From: Vulcanimicrobiota bacterium
GTDB taxonomy: Bacteria > Vulcanimicrobiota > Vulcanimicrobiia > Vulcanimicrobiales > Vulcanimicrobiaceae
DNA length: 64,000 bases
Direction of reading: 5' to 3'
Assembly (NCBI GenBank): GCA_963795855.1
Contig: CAWCIZ010000002.1
Coordinates: 512,001-576,000, forward strand
Shown: one piece after another, positions 28,938-40,900 of the stretch
How positions within the stretch are numbered: the stretch's first letter is position 1
Layout of the letters: each line of letters begins with the position of its first letter
Notes under the pieces: model-generated
The model's input: only the letters and a program-made list of their open reading frames with translations
Database searches by the model: none
What the model was told of the DNA's origin: nothing
Made by a program: the position numbers and the translations under genes

Positions 28938-31900
28938 GACGAAAGCGCCAGCGGCTCGCGCTTGGAACCCGGCAAGATAATCCCGCCAAGTGCAGCGGAT
29001 CGTACGCGCCGACTCGCACGAGATCGCCGTCGTCCGCCGCGCGCCGCGACGCGCGTAAGGCGTCGATCGCTTCGGGCAACGCGAACTGTTCGCCGACGAA
29101 TCCGTGAACGAATCGGCCGCCGCGAATTTCGCCGCGCGCCTCCATGCGGCGCAGCGCCAGCAGCAGCTCGCGCCACGCGGGTGCGAGACTTTCGCGCGCG
29201 ATGACATCGCGGAAAACGACGCCCCAACGCGCAAGCAGTCGCCGCGCAAACTTATCGGGATCGATCTTTTCCGCGTCAGACGTCAGCAGCGTCCAGCGCC
29301 CGCTGGACGAACGCGGGCGCGCGCGCAGGCCTTTTTCTCCGAGACGGCGCTTCGCATCGATCAGCGAACGCAGCGCGTCGAACCCGTCGGCGGTGACGAG
29401 TCCGGCCGCGACGAGTTGCCACAACGCTTCTTCCACTTCGGCGGGAAGGCGTTTCGTCGCCCGCACGATATCGCTGAAAAACGGCGCCCCGCGGCGTTCG
29501 ATTGCCTCGAGCACGTCGCGCGCCGCATGCGATAAGCCCGTCACTCCGGCATCGCGCCGCACGATGAGTTCTTGCGCATCTTCGCGCGTCACCAGCGAAA
29601 TCGGCGCGAGTTTTGTGGGACGAATGCGGCGCGCGCTCTCCGGGTCTTCCGCCGAAAGCGCGGGATGCGGCGCAAGACGTCCCCACAGCACTTCGCCCGA
29701 ATAACAGAGCTTGTCGAGATACTCGCTGCGGTAGTTCGCAACGCGCGCAGGCAGAATTTGCGTTTCCCAAGCGGCCGCGGGAATTTCGTAGCCTTCGAGT
29801 TGACGAATGATTTGCAGCGTGCCGTCGACGCCGTGCAAGCGCGAGGTGGGAGCGACGTGCTGCCAGCGGTAAAGAAAGCGATGATACTCCGCGGCGGTAA
29901 CCGGTTCGATTTCGCGCCGCAATTGGCCGATGGTTCGACGGTGAATGCGCGCGAGCACGCGCCGGTTGCACCACTCTTCCGTGTCGCCGCCGCGGAAGCG
30001 GCCGCGCAGGAGCTGACCTTCGGTTTCGAGCCTGAGCAGCGCCGCTTCGATGAGGCTGCGTTCGACGCCGAACGACTCGACGAGTTCGTCGACGGTCAGC
30101 GGACCGCTGGATTCGAGCCATCCGCGCAAAATTTCCGCAAACGCCTGCTCGCGCGTCTCCGGCAGGCCGGGTTGCGGAACCGCTTGCATTTCTGCGTCAT
30201 CGTCGAGCAACGTGCTTTGTGGATAGACGAGCCGCGCCAGCTCAAGACGTTCGGCCGCAACCCAGAAATCTCGATTCTCCGCGCGTAACGTGCCGGCGCG
30301 CCGCTGCTGCGCCAGCTCGGCGTAGTATGCGTGGATCTCGATCGGCTCGGTTCGAAAACGCGTAAGCGCACCGTGCGGAAGCGCGACGAGCGTGAGCAGC
30401 GCGTCGTGCAGTTCATCGGCATCGCGCACGACCGGCCAAGACTCTTCGGCGACTTCGGCGATCACCGCCGCGTCGAGGATACCCGCACCGTCGAGATCGT
30501 CGCGAAAGGTTCGGCGCAGTTGCACCGCGCGCGCGCGGCGTTCTTCCAGCGGCGCGTCGTCGAGGTACGCGTACGGATTTGCGTTTAAGATCTCGTGGCA
30601 AAAAGGCGAGGGTTCCGGCGTATCGACCGCCGCCGTTCGAATCGCTCCGCTTTCCACGCGGGCTAAGACCGTCAGCAACCCGTCCAGATCCATCGCTTCG
30701 TGCAGGCAGTTGTTTATCGTTTCGCGCACGAGCACGTGATCGGGTATGCGTATGGGCCCGCTGAGGTTTTCCGCGCACGCGGCCTGATCGGGAAAACACG
30801 ACGCGAGCAAATCATCGGCGCGCATGCGCTGCAGTTGCGGCGGCGTCTTGCGGCCGCCGCGCATGCGTAAAATCGGCGAGCGCTCGCGTCGCATTCCATC
30901 TCCAGCGCGCCCCGAACATGGGCGCCGCAAGCATCGCTTGCGTCAGCGTGTGTTCCACGCTCGCCGTCTTGACGTATTCGAAGACGACGTCGAGCGGAAA
31001 CGCGTGCTGGTCGGTGAGCGAGAGGACCACGCCGTTGTCGGTCGCCGCCGCCTGCAACTCGATGTTGAACGAGCGGCAGAATTTCTTGCGCAGCGCAAGT
31101 CCCCAACCGCGATTGATGCGCGCGCCGAACGGCGTATGCAGAATGAGCTGCATGCCGCCGCCTTCATCGAAAAAGCGCTCCGCGACGATCGTCGTGTCGG
31201 TGGGCACGACGCCGAGAATCTTTTTCCCGGCGCGAACGTACGCTACGGCTTGCTCCGCGCCCGCGCGATCGAGTCCGCATTCCGCTTCGAGCAGCGCCTG
31301 AGCGGCACTATCATCGCGTTCGTCGATGTCCGCGCGCACGCGCGCGACTTCGTGCGAGAGCTCGATCGTGCGCCCGGGTCCCTCGCCATTCCAAAACGGT
31401 ACGGTCGGCGCCGCGCCGTGCGCATCTTCAACCCGAACCACGCCCGGCTCGACGCGGCGAATACGCCACGAGTTCGTGCCCAGCAAGAAAACGTCGCCCG
31501 ACAAACTTTCGACCGCGAAATCTTCATCCAGCGTGCCGACGATGTGCCCTTCGGGCTCTGCGACCACGTTGTAGTTCGCAGTTTCCGGAATGGCGCCGCC
31601 GGAGGTTATTGCAGCCATGCGCGCGCCGCGCCGGCCGCGCACGACTCCATTGACGCGGTCGTAGTGGAGATATGCGCCGCTGCGTCCCCGAGAATGCGCG
31701 ACGCCGTCGGCGAGCATGGTCGAGCACGTCATCGAAATCTTTTCGCGGCAGATCGCGATACGGATACGCGGTGCGAACCAGATCGTAGAGTTTGCCGGTT
31801 TCCCAATCGCCCGCGCCGCACGCAGCGACGATTTGCTGCGCGAGTACGTCCAGCGGAGCCGACGGAATCTTCAGCGCGTCGAGCGTACCGCCGCGAATCG

Positions 31901-33083
31901 ATCGAATCAGCGCGGCACATTCGAGCAGTTCGTCGCGCGTCGTCGCGAACAGCCGGCCTTCCGGCCGCGCCCCGACCCAATGGCCGGAACGCCCGATACG
32001 CTGCAGCGCAACGGAAATCGAGCGCGGGGAGCCGAGTTGCACGACGAGATCGATCGTACCGATGTCGATGCCGAGTTCGAGAGAAGCGGTCGCGACGACG
32101 GCGCGCAGTTCACCGTTCTTCAGCCGGTTTTCGGCTTCGAAGCGCTTCTCTTTCGAAAGACTTCCGTGATGCGGCATGACCACGCCCTCGCCCAGGCGCT
32201 CGGTCAATGCAAACGTTGCGCGTTCGCTCATGCGCCGCGTGCCGACGAACACGAGCGTCGTGCGGTGCGCGCGAATATGATCGGCGACGCGATCGTAGAT
32301 CTCCGCCCACATCTCCGCGCTGGCGACGGGACCGAGTTCGTCGCTCGGAACTTCTACGGCGATGTCCATCTCGCGGCGGCTCCCGACGTCGATCACCCGT
32401 GCGCCCGCGCTCAAAAACCGTGCTATTTCCTCGATCGGCCGCACCGTCGCGGAAAGCCCGATACGCTGCGGTTTGCGTCCCGCGTGCGCTTCGACGAGGG
32501 CGTCGAGCCGCGCAAGCGTAAGCGCGAGATGCGATCCGCGCTTGTCCGCGGCCATAGCGTGGATTTCGTCGACGATCACCGTGGTAACGTTGCCGAAGAG
32601 CGCGCGCGACTTTTCGGCCGTCAGCAATATGAAGAGCGATTCGGGCGTCGTCACCAGTACGTGCGGGGGTTTTCGCAGCATGCGCGCACGGTCGGCGGTC
32701 GTCGTATCGCCGGTGCGCACTGCGGTGCGAATCGGCGAAAGCCCGATACCGCGCCGCTGCGCCAGCTCGAAAATCTCGCCGAGCGGGATTTCGAGATTCT
32801 TTCTGATGTCGTTGGTGAGCGCTTTGAGCGGTGAAACGTAAACGACGAACGTTTGGCCGGATAGGGTGCTGCGCTGCGCTTGCTCGAGCAGGCGGTCAAG
32901 GCAAATCGAAAAAGCGGCGAGCGTCTTGCCCGAACCGGTCGGCGCGGATATGAGCACGTCGCTGCCGGACCGGATGAGCGGCCAGCCTTCGATCTGCGGC
33001 TGCGTGGGGGACCAGGCGCGGCTCTCAAACCACGCTCGCAGCAGGGGGTGAAAATCTTCGAGCACTGTTGCGGTATTCAACAC
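28934..33083 (-). CDS. lhr: Large Lhr-family DEAH helicase; frameshifts near 31718, 30885 and 28983
   Basis: APTGSGKT, SPLKALTND, DEIH, LELGIDIG, QRIGRSGH, GGAIPE, C-terminal RGGRFV..FVGEQFA; spread over four reading segments. Confidence 0.88.
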
Positions 33084-33155
33084 CGCCCGCCTCGTGCCGT
33101 TTGCGCGCGGACCGATTCCGAGGAGTTCCGGCGCATGAGGGATTAGGATTGGTGG

Positions 33156-35327
33156 ATGCTCACGCCGCCCCTCAGCGCGATTGCCGCTCTCGTTCTCGCC
33201 TTGGCAACCGGCGGCACGCCGCCGGGTGAGATCCCTTTCACGAAAGACATGCCGGCGCTGGCGGCGCGCGTCCTGGCGTCGTATCACGGCAGCGATCGCA
33301 CTACGGACCTCGACAACCGTTTTCGCCTTCAAATCGTCGCCGGCCGTTACGCGGATGCCGAGCGAAGCCTGAACCTTCTGCGACGCGATGAAGACCCGGC
33401 CTACCCGCAGTCCGCGACGAATTACTCGCAGTACGTCATCTTCGTGCGCGCCATGCGCATGCAGAGCATCGCAGTGCCGTTCGCGCAGGCGTTTGCTCGG
33501 GCGTTCACGCGTTTTGTCGGACCGCTGAGCGACGTCAAAGCGGCCTACGTGATTCGCCGGTTCATCATTCTCGCCGGCCTGCAAAACGGCGTCGATGCGG
33601 ACCTGAAAGCGCAAGGCGCGAAGCCGGCGATCTCGCTCGGAGATGCGCTCGATCTTTTGCGGCGCTATCAAATCGCGACGATGTACCGCGCTTTCGCCAC
33701 GCAGACGAGCGCGCTGATTGCACGCGACGATCGCCGCAGGTACGTCATCGAACGCAACGTCTTGGTGAAAGCGCCCGACGGCCGCTCGATGTGCGCGTAC
33801 GTCGTCCGGCCGCGAGGCGCGAAGCGAGCGCTGCCGGCGCTATTAGAGTATTCGATTTACGCGGACCGGCGCATCGTGTTACAGGATCCGCGGCTTTCGG
33901 CGGCACACGGCTATGCGGGTGTAAACGCGTACACACCCGGAACCGCGTGCAGCAGCGGCGCAATCGTGCCGTACGTGGGCGAAGGCGCGCACGCCGATGC
34001 CGTCATCAGGTGGATAAGCCGCCGGCCGTGGAGCGACGGCCGCGTCGGCATGTTCGGCGGCAGTTACAACGGTTTCGCGGTATGGGCGGCGGCAAAGGAT
34101 GCGCCGTCTGCGCTCAAAGCGCTCATGTCATCGGTGTCGAACGCGCCCGGCGTCGATACGCCGATGGAGCGCAACGTCTTCGAAACGTGGGTGTTTCCGT
34201 GGCCGCTCTACACAACCGCGGCGAAATGGCTGGACGCGAGTACGGAAACGATGCCGTTCGATTTGGCGCAGGTTCAAAAACGCTGGTACGTGAGCGGGAA
34301 AGCATACAGTTCGCTCGACCGCATCGCCGGCGTTCGCAATCCGATCTGGGACGGCTGGCTGCATCATCCGAGATACGACGCATTCTGGCAGAGCCTGATA
34401 CCGTACCGAAGCGATTTTGCGCGGATTCATCTTCCCGCGCTGCTTACCGACGGCTACCTGAGCGGGCAGAACGTGGGCGGCATCTACTATTTTTCGCAGT
34501 ACCGCCGGCATAGCCCGAGTGCGCAAGCGTATTTCGTAGTCGGGCCGTACGATCACTTCGCCGGTCAATTCGGAACGACGACGTCGGCGGGGCGTGACGA
34601 ACGCGAAATCGACGGCTACGCGATCGATCCGGCGGCCGACGTCGACATGCAGGCGTTGCGATACGCGTGGTTCGATTTCATTTTCAAAGGCGCGGCAAAG
34701 CCCGCGCTGCTTGCGGACCGCGTCAACTACGAAGTGATGCACGGCAACCATTGGGAACACGCGCCGACGATCGGCGCCATGGCTCGCCGGATTTTATCGG
34801 TGCACTTACGCAACGCGCGGCAGAGCGTGAACTTCGCGGACCGCGCCGACGTCAACCGCGTGCCGCCGGCAACCGGCCTGGACACGTATCTCGGAATCGC
34901 GTACGAGAGCGCGCCGCTCGCGCATGCCGTCGAAGTAAACGGCATCATATCCGGCCGGCTCGACTTCATCTGCAACAAACGAGACTTCGACTTCAACATC
35001 GGTCTCTTTCAACGGCTGCCGGACGGCACGTATGAGGCCGTTACCAACTATATGGCAAGAGCGAGTTACGTCGGCGATCCCTCGCTGCGAAAACTTCTCA
35101 CACCAGGAAGGCGCACGAGCCTGCGGTTTACGGGCAGCCGGCTGACGGCGTGGAAGTTCGAGCGGGGAAGCCGCATCGTCGTCCTCGTGAGCATCGTCAA
35201 AGATCCCGGCCTGGAATTGAATTACGGAACCGGAAAGGCGGTCGCGGACGAAACGATCGCGGACGCAAAGATGCCGCTGCGCATTCAATGGTTCCCGGAC
35301 AGCGTGGTCGACGTACCGGTGCGCTAG
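33156..35327 (+). CDS. CocE/NonD-family alpha/beta hydrolase with signal peptide
   Basis: PWSDGRVGMFGGSYNG nucleophile elbow, GPYDH, NYGTGKAVADET. Confidence 0.88.
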   Translation: MLTPPLSAIAALVLALATGGTPPGEIPFTKDMPALAARVLASYHGSDRTTDLDNRFRLQIVAGRYADAERSLNLLRRDEDPAYPQSATNYSQYVIFVRAMRMQSIAVPFAQAFARAFTRFVGPLSDVKAAYVIRRFIILAGLQNGVDADLKAQGAKPAISLGDALDLLRRYQIATMYRAFATQTSALIARDDRRRYVIERNVLVKAPDGRSMCAYVVRPRGAKRALPALLEYSIYADRRIVLQDPRLSAAHGYAGVNAYTPGTACSSGAIVPYVGEGAHADAVIRWISRRPWSDGRVGMFGGSYNGFAVWAAAKDAPSALKALMSSVSNAPGVDTPMERNVFETWVFPWPLYTTAAKWLDASTETMPFDLAQVQKRWYVSGKAYSSLDRIAGVRNPIWDGWLHHPRYDAFWQSLIPYRSDFARIHLPALLTDGYLSGQNVGGIYYFSQYRRHSPSAQAYFVVGPYDHFAGQFGTTTSAGRDEREIDGYAIDPAADVDMQALRYAWFDFIFKGAAKPALLADRVNYEVMHGNHWEHAPTIGAMARRILSVHLRNARQSVNFADRADVNRVPPATGLDTYLGIAYESAPLAHAVEVNGIISGRLDFICNKRDFDFNIGLFQRLPDGTYEAVTNYMARASYVGDPSLRKLLTPGRRTSLRFTGSRLTAWKFERGSRIVVLVSIVKDPGLELNYGTGKAVADETIADAKMPLRIQWFPDSVVDVPVR

Positions 35328-35403
35328 CCCGGCGGCGAGGACCCATCGAAATCGCAAAACGTGGCTCTTTCGAAATCACCGTTCATCCGGTATCTTTGAC
35401 CGG

Positions 35404-35892
35404 ATGGAAGCAACAGCGCCGCAGCGCGACTGCAGTCGCGATTTCGATTTTTTGTTCGGCATTTGGCGCGTGCGGCATCGCCGGCTCCGCCGTCCGTTGT
35501 CTGATTCCGATGAGTGGTACGAGTTCGACTCGGAGTACAAAGCCGTGCCGATCTGGGGCGGCAAAGCGAACCTGGACGAGTTCGCCGGTGAATCGCCGCT
35601 CGGCCGATTCGAAGGCCTGACGCTTCGCTTGTACGATACGGCGAGCCAAACTTGGAGTTTGTATTGGGCGACGGCCAAAAACGGCCTAACGGTAACGCCC
35701 AACGTCGGCACGTTCACCGACGAGGGAGTCGGCGAATTTTTTTCGGACGAACTCTTCGACGGAAAGCCGATACGCTGCCGGTACCGCTGGATTCAGCAGT
35801 ACGAAAGCGGCTGCCGCTGGGAACAAGCATTTTCCGCCGACGGCGGCCGCAGATGGGAAACGAATTGGACCATGGACTTCACGCGCGCGTAA
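35404..35892 (+). CDS. DUF1579-like protein
   Basis: DFDFLFGIWRVRHRRL...RWEQAFSADGG..WETNWTMDF. Confidence 0.8.
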   Translation: MEATAPQRDCSRDFDFLFGIWRVRHRRLRRPLSDSDEWYEFDSEYKAVPIWGGKANLDEFAGESPLGRFEGLTLRLYDTASQTWSLYWATAKNGLTVTPNVGTFTDEGVGEFFSDELFDGKPIRCRYRWIQQYESGCRWEQAFSADGGRRWETNWTMDFTRA

Positions 35893-35918
35893 CCGCGCCG
35901 CGCGAAAACGGTTTCGGC

Positions 35919-36608
35919 GTGGTGGAGTTGCGCCGCTACACCGTCGTGCCGGGGCGACGGGACGACCTGATCTCCCTCTTCGAGCGCGAATTCATCGAAA
36001 GCCAAGAGCAGTGCGGAATGGTCCCGGTCGGGCACTATCGCGAAATCGGAAATCCGGATACCTTCATCTGGTTTCGCGGGTTTGCGGACATGGATCGACG
36101 GCGCAGCGCGCTCGAGGCGTTCTACCTTCAGTCGCCGGCATGGCTGCAGAATCGAGACGCCGCGAACGCGACCCTGATCGATTCCGATAACGTGCTGCTG
36201 CTGCGGCCTGCGCGGCCGGCGAGCGGATTCGATTTGAGCGGATTGCCACGCCGTTCGCAAACGGAAACCGCGAACGGCTCGTGCGTCGCTGCGGCAATCT
36301 TCATGCTTGCCGATCCTGCATCGCGCGAGATCCTCGATCGGTTCGGCGAAAACGCGCTCGCGGCCGCGGCGCAGGACGCGCGGCGGATCGCGTGGTTCAT
36401 CACCGAAGAACGCGCGAACGACTTTCCGCGCTTACCGGTTCGCGAAAACGAACGCGCGCTGGTCGTGACCGGAATTTGTGAGGATGAGGAGCAGGCCGAA
36501 CGCTGGCTCGACGCTCTCGAAAACGCGATGCCGCCGCAATTGCGCACGGCACTCCTGCACATCGAACGGCTGCGCTTGCAGCCGTGCGCGCGCGCCATCT
36601 ACCAGTAA
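35919..36608 (+). CDS. NIPSNAP family protein (start approximate)
   Basis: VVELRRYTV.PG.RD.LI.LFEREF...FIWFRGF.DM..R..AL.AFY...ANATLIDSDNVLLL. Confidence 0.8.
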   Translation: MVELRRYTVVPGRRDDLISLFEREFIESQEQCGMVPVGHYREIGNPDTFIWFRGFADMDRRRSALEAFYLQSPAWLQNRDAANATLIDSDNVLLLRPARPASGFDLSGLPRRSQTETANGSCVAAAIFMLADPASREILDRFGENALAAAAQDARRIAWFITEERANDFPRLPVRENERALVVTGICEDEEQAERWLDALENAMPPQLRTALLHIERLRLQPCARAIYQ

Positions 36609-36615
36609 ACGCGCT

Positions 36616-38040
36616 TTAGAGCAATCCGGCGAGCGTCTTAATCGCCTGCTTCCCGGCGGCGGGCGGCACGGCCGCAAATCCGATGACCACGCCGTTCATA
36701 GACGATGGTCCGCGAAAATACGACGAAAGCGCCGGAACGATGATGCCGCGCTCGGCTGCGCGACGTGAAAATGCCGCATCACTGACGTCTTTGGGAAGTT
36801 CGACGATAAAGTGCAGGCCTGCCGCTGAATCGCGAATGCGCGCGCGCGAACCAAAGCGCCGCACGATCTCGCTGCTCGCGGCGCGACGGCGCTCGTCGTA
36901 CACTTTGCGCATCCTGGTAACGTGACGCGCGAACTGACCGGTCTCGATAAACGTCGCGAGCGCATCCTGCATGACTGCCGCGGGTTGCCCGCCGAGAACC
37001 TGCTGAGCGGCATGGAACGCGCCGTACAACGCTCTAGGAACGACGATGTACGCGACGCGCAGCGCCGGCGCGAGCACTTTGCTGAACGTTCCGACGTACA
37101 ACACGCGCCGGCCGCCATCCAATCCCTGAAGTGCCGGCTGCGGTCGACCGGTGTAGCTGAATTCGCTGTCGTAATCGTCTTCGACGATCCACGTCTCGTT
37201 TTTTTTCGCCCAATCGAGCAGCGCCAACCGGCGTTCGAGCGAAAGCACGGCGCCGGTCGGGTACTGGTGCGAAGGCGTGACGTGAATGAGCGAAGCGTGC
37301 ACGGACGCAAAGCGCGCAACCTCGACTCCCGCGTCGTCGACCGGCGCGGGAACGAGCTGCGCACCGTGGGCCAACAGTACACCCTGTACGCTCGGATACC
37401 CCGGCTCCTCGACCAGCACGGCGTCGCGTTCGTTCAGCAGCACGCGAGCGATGAGGGCAAACGCCGCTTGCGCGCCGGCAGTGACCAGCACCTGATCCGG
37501 CGTACATGCAATCCCGCGCGTTTGCCGCAGCCTGCGGGCGATCGCGCTGCGCAGCCGCTCATCGCCGAACGCCGGCGGATAATCGAGCAGTTCGCCGCTC
37601 CAGCTTCGCGAGTCGAACGCACGCTTAAACTGCGCCGCGGGAAAGAGATCGAGCGCGGGAATGCCGGGCCGAAACGGCGCGCACAGGCGTTGGTTCGCCG
37701 CCAAGTCCTGCGCCGCGACGAACGCGGCTGCCGCGCGCGAGGGCAAAAACTCCGTTTCGTCGTGCGTTGTTGCCGCATGCATGCGATACTGCAGCGCATC
37801 GGCGACGAACGTCCCAACGCCTCGAACGAATGTGAGATATCCTTCGGCTTGCAACTGCGTGAGTGCGGCGACGATCGTATTGCGCGATAGACCCAAGTGC
37901 ACGCGCAAGTCGCGGCTCGACAAAATGCGCTCGCCCGGTTCCAGGCGGCCCGACAAGATCGCTTCCCGGATCGACGCTTCCAATTGCCGGTGCAGCGGGA
38001 CCGCCGACTTGCGGTCCACGACGATGCCTCGATCGCGCAC
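36616..38040 (-). CDS. MocR/GabR-family GntR regulator with PLP aminotransferase domain
   Basis: N-terminal GntR HTH (SRNTIVAAL.QL.AEGY), VTPSHQYPTG, EDDYDSEF, GTFSK. Confidence 0.92.
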   Translation of the reverse strand: MRDRGIVVDRKSAVPLHRQLEASIREAILSGRLEPGERILSSRDLRVHLGLSRNTIVAALTQLQAEGYLTFVRGVGTFVADALQYRMHAATTHDETEFLPSRAAAAFVAAQDLAANQRLCAPFRPGIPALDLFPAAQFKRAFDSRSWSGELLDYPPAFGDERLRSAIARRLRQTRGIACTPDQVLVTAGAQAAFALIARVLLNERDAVLVEEPGYPSVQGVLLAHGAQLVPAPVDDAGVEVARFASVHASLIHVTPSHQYPTGAVLSLERRLALLDWAKKNETWIVEDDYDSEFSYTGRPQPALQGLDGGRRVLYVGTFSKVLAPALRVAYIVVPRALYGAFHAAQQVLGGQPAAVMQDALATFIETGQFARHVTRMRKVYDERRRAASSEIVRRFGSRARIRDSAAGLHFIVELPKDVSDAAFSRRAAERGIIVPALSSYFRGPSSMNGVVIGFAAVPPAAGKQAIKTLAGLL

Positions 38041-38045
38041 GCGCG

Positions 38046-40307
38046 CTACCGTCCCGTCAGCGTCAGCGTATCGGCCGCCGCGCGGTTCACGGCGTGTTGG
38101 GAGAATGGAAGCGGAACCATCGCACCGCGAATCCACGCCGAAGCGAGATCGTCGTAGTGGCCGGATCCCGGTTCGCCCGACTCTCCGCTCGGCAATACAA
38201 TTCCGCCGCCGTCCCAATTTCCGACGTCCCACACCGCGCGAAAGCCTTGCGCGAATCCCGGCTCCTGCAGATGGATGCTGTACTCATCGCCGTCGCCGGG
38301 CAGCGAGATGCCGCGCAGCAATCCGTACCACGTTTGCGAGAGCGGATGCTCGACGTCGACGCGGCCGCCCTCGCCCCACGGAGACGGTTCGTCTTGCGGC
38401 TCGCGCAATGCGGCGCTCGCAGTTTCGTCGATGCTTTCGCGCGCGCCGCTGTTCGATTCGCGAATTTGCGCGAGCAGATAGGCGGGCGATGCGTTTTGCT
38501 GCAGCAAATCGTTCATAAGACTGTGTTCGAACGACGCCGTTCGCGAATCCGGTGTGAAGCACCCGTTCCACCGAGCCAGGCCCATCCGCAGCGGACTGCG
38601 CCGAACCTCGCCGTCCGGTTGCGTGGCGCGCACCACGTCGCGTGCGAATTCCGCGTCGATCGGCGAACACGAGTCCATCTGCATTCGAGAAAAATATGCC
38701 GCATCGTACGCCTTACGCGAATGCAGCAGCGCGGCAATGCGATAGGCCCGGTACGGCGGTTCGAATGCCGCCGACAAGCGGTATCGATAGCCGGCTCCAT
38801 ACATGCGGTTGTTGGCGCTGATGAGGATGCCCGAACGCGAGGCGGCGCGAGCGGGCAATGCGCGGAACGGAATCAGCGCAAATGGCTTCGGCAAGTGGCG
38901 CGCGGAGTGCACGTAACGGCCCCACGCGGGATCGCCGGGAATCGAACCGGCTAGATGATAGGCGACCGCGCCGGACAGGTCGGCGACGATGAAATTTTGC
39001 GGCGCGCCGCGGTATGCGGCGAGCGCGCGCATCGCCGCATGTATGCTGCTCGCACGGTCCAATTCGAGCAGCGTCGCTATGCTCGTCTTCGTCTGCATGT
39101 AAGGCGCCCAACGCACGAACACGACGTCGCCGTCTTCACCGGCTTGGATCGAAAACGCGTCTGCGGTGCGATAATACGTCTTCCACACCGCCGGAGCGAA
39201 GCGAACGCCGAACCGCTCGAGCGTTTTCGCGCCCCGCGGAAAAACGCGGACGCGATATAACGAACTCGTGGTTACCTCCGCATTGGTTACGGCCCACGCA
39301 ATGCGCTCGTTGTGACCGAGCACCACGCCCGGAAGTCCCGGCACGACGGCGCCCGCGGCATGAAACCCGGGCGAACGAAGATCGATGGCGTACCAAATTC
39401 CCGGAATCGTCAGGTCTACGTGCGGATCGTTCGCGATCAGCGCGCGATGCGCACGCGTGAGCACCGAGCCTGCGGCCCACGCGTTACTTCCGGCGCGCAG
39501 CCGCGATGGGCGATACGCAAGCGAATTCGCTGCGCAGTCGACGGTGCGACGCGGGCTTGCAACGGTACGCAGCGGACGGCCGCCGAGCGACACGTCGTAC
39601 CGCGTATCTGAAAGTGGAAACTGCACGTCGTAGCATGCGCGGCCGAGCGCTTTCCATCGGTCGTCGCGAGCGAGGACGTCATACCACGAATCGCCCAGTT
39701 CGAGCGCCGCGACTATCGATACCGCGATGGAATCCTGCGGAGTCCAGGCCGCCGGCCGGTACAGCAGCATTCGAAATTCCACGGGCAGCGGCTGGCGCGC
39801 TTGCGCCGCATTGACGCCGGCACTGAATGCATCCAAAGCCTCGCGCGTCGCTGCATCGGTTCCACGCCACTGGCGCGACGCAATGCCTTGCACGTCCACC
39901 GCGCGCATCTCTTCGTCGAGCGCGAGCGCCTTCGCGCCGAACACTTCCGCGAGCCGCCCGTACGCATAGCGGCGCGTGAGATCCATTTCGAACAGCCGGT
40001 CCGACGCCTGCGCGAAGCCTTCTCCGAAGAACAGATCGTGCGCATTGCGCGCCCGAACGTGCGGAATGCCGCGCGCGTCGCGCACAATTGCGACGGCGCT
40101 TGTAACGTCGAGTCCGTTTACGGTACCGCGCGTTATAGCGCTGCTTCTGAAGCCCGCGGCGACGTTCGCGGTGTAAGAGAGCGCCATCAGCAGCAGCAGT
40201 GCGCCGGCCACGGCGACGTGGCGCCGCACCATTGCGTACAGCGCCGACGGCCAAGTAGGGTCCGCGCAAGCGAGCAGGCGCGGATCCTTGCGTGTGAACA
40301 CGCTCAT
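38046..40307 (-). CDS. Penicillin acylase (Ntn hydrolase) family protein
   Basis: RDARGIPHV, DRLFEMD, GSNAWA catalytic Ser, ANDPH, GESG.P.SGHY.D. Confidence 0.9.
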   Translation of the reverse strand: MSVFTRKDPRLLACADPTWPSALYAMVRRHVAVAGALLLLMALSYTANVAAGFRSSAITRGTVNGLDVTSAVAIVRDARGIPHVRARNAHDLFFGEGFAQASDRLFEMDLTRRYAYGRLAEVFGAKALALDEEMRAVDVQGIASRQWRGTDAATREALDAFSAGVNAAQARQPLPVEFRMLLYRPAAWTPQDSIAVSIVAALELGDSWYDVLARDDRWKALGRACYDVQFPLSDTRYDVSLGGRPLRTVASPRRTVDCAANSLAYRPSRLRAGSNAWAAGSVLTRAHRALIANDPHVDLTIPGIWYAIDLRSPGFHAAGAVVPGLPGVVLGHNERIAWAVTNAEVTTSSLYRVRVFPRGAKTLERFGVRFAPAVWKTYYRTADAFSIQAGEDGDVVFVRWAPYMQTKTSIATLLELDRASSIHAAMRALAAYRGAPQNFIVADLSGAVAYHLAGSIPGDPAWGRYVHSARHLPKPFALIPFRALPARAASRSGILISANNRMYGAGYRYRLSAAFEPPYRAYRIAALLHSRKAYDAAYFSRMQMDSCSPIDAEFARDVVRATQPDGEVRRSPLRMGLARWNGCFTPDSRTASFEHSLMNDLLQQNASPAYLLAQIRESNSGARESIDETASAALREPQDEPSPWGEGGRVDVEHPLSQTWYGLLRGISLPGDGDEYSIHLQEPGFAQGFRAVWDVGNWDGGGIVLPSGESGEPGSGHYDDLASAWIRGAMVPLPFSQHAVNRAAADTLTLTGR

Positions 40308-40347
40308 TTATTCGATTATAGCAGCAGCGGCGTGACCGGCCGAAGTA

Positions 40348-40689
40348 TCAGTCCCCTTCGCGAAACGATTCGATCGCCTCGTCGACGGTGTCGAACAACG
40401 GCCACACGCGATCCAACTGCGTCGCGCGGAAAATCTTCTTGAGGCGCGCGCTGACGCCGACGAGCCGCTCCACCGGCATGTCGTTCTGCGAACGGCGCCG
40501 GCGCATGCGCATCAACGCGCCGAACGCCGTGCAATCCAACAGACGCACTGCACTGAAGTCGAGGACCACGTGCTCCTGCCGGTAGACCGGAGCCAATCGG
40601 TGGGTGAACTCGGCGCAGTGAAAAACATCCAAATCGCCGGAAAGCGAAATTACGAGCGAGTCTACGGTTCGCGGTGCGTATTCAAGCAT
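40348..40689 (-). CDS. STAS-domain anti-anti-sigma factor
   Basis: LSGDLDV...VVLDFSAVRLLDCTAFGAL...FDTVDEA; the usual phospho-Ser (DSS) appears here as DCT. Confidence 0.8.
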   Translation of the reverse strand: MLEYAPRTVDSLVISLSGDLDVFHCAEFTHRLAPVYRQEHVVLDFSAVRLLDCTAFGALMRMRRRRSQNDMPVERLVGVSARLKKIFRATQLDRVWPLFDTVDEAIESFREGD

Positions 40690-40900
40690 TACGCCATCCC
40701 CCTGGTTGCCTATCCTACCCGGGAACGGCGCGAGCAGCCTAGAGCCATCTCGACTGGGTGCCATGAGCCGCTTGGCGGATATTGTCCAGAGCATCGCGCG
40801 AGCGCCGGCCCGACTCCTACGAAGAGTGGGGCTCAATACCCACTGCCGGATTCCCGAGGCACCCTTCCGCCGCCGGGGCGGTTCGACGCATCATGCCTGC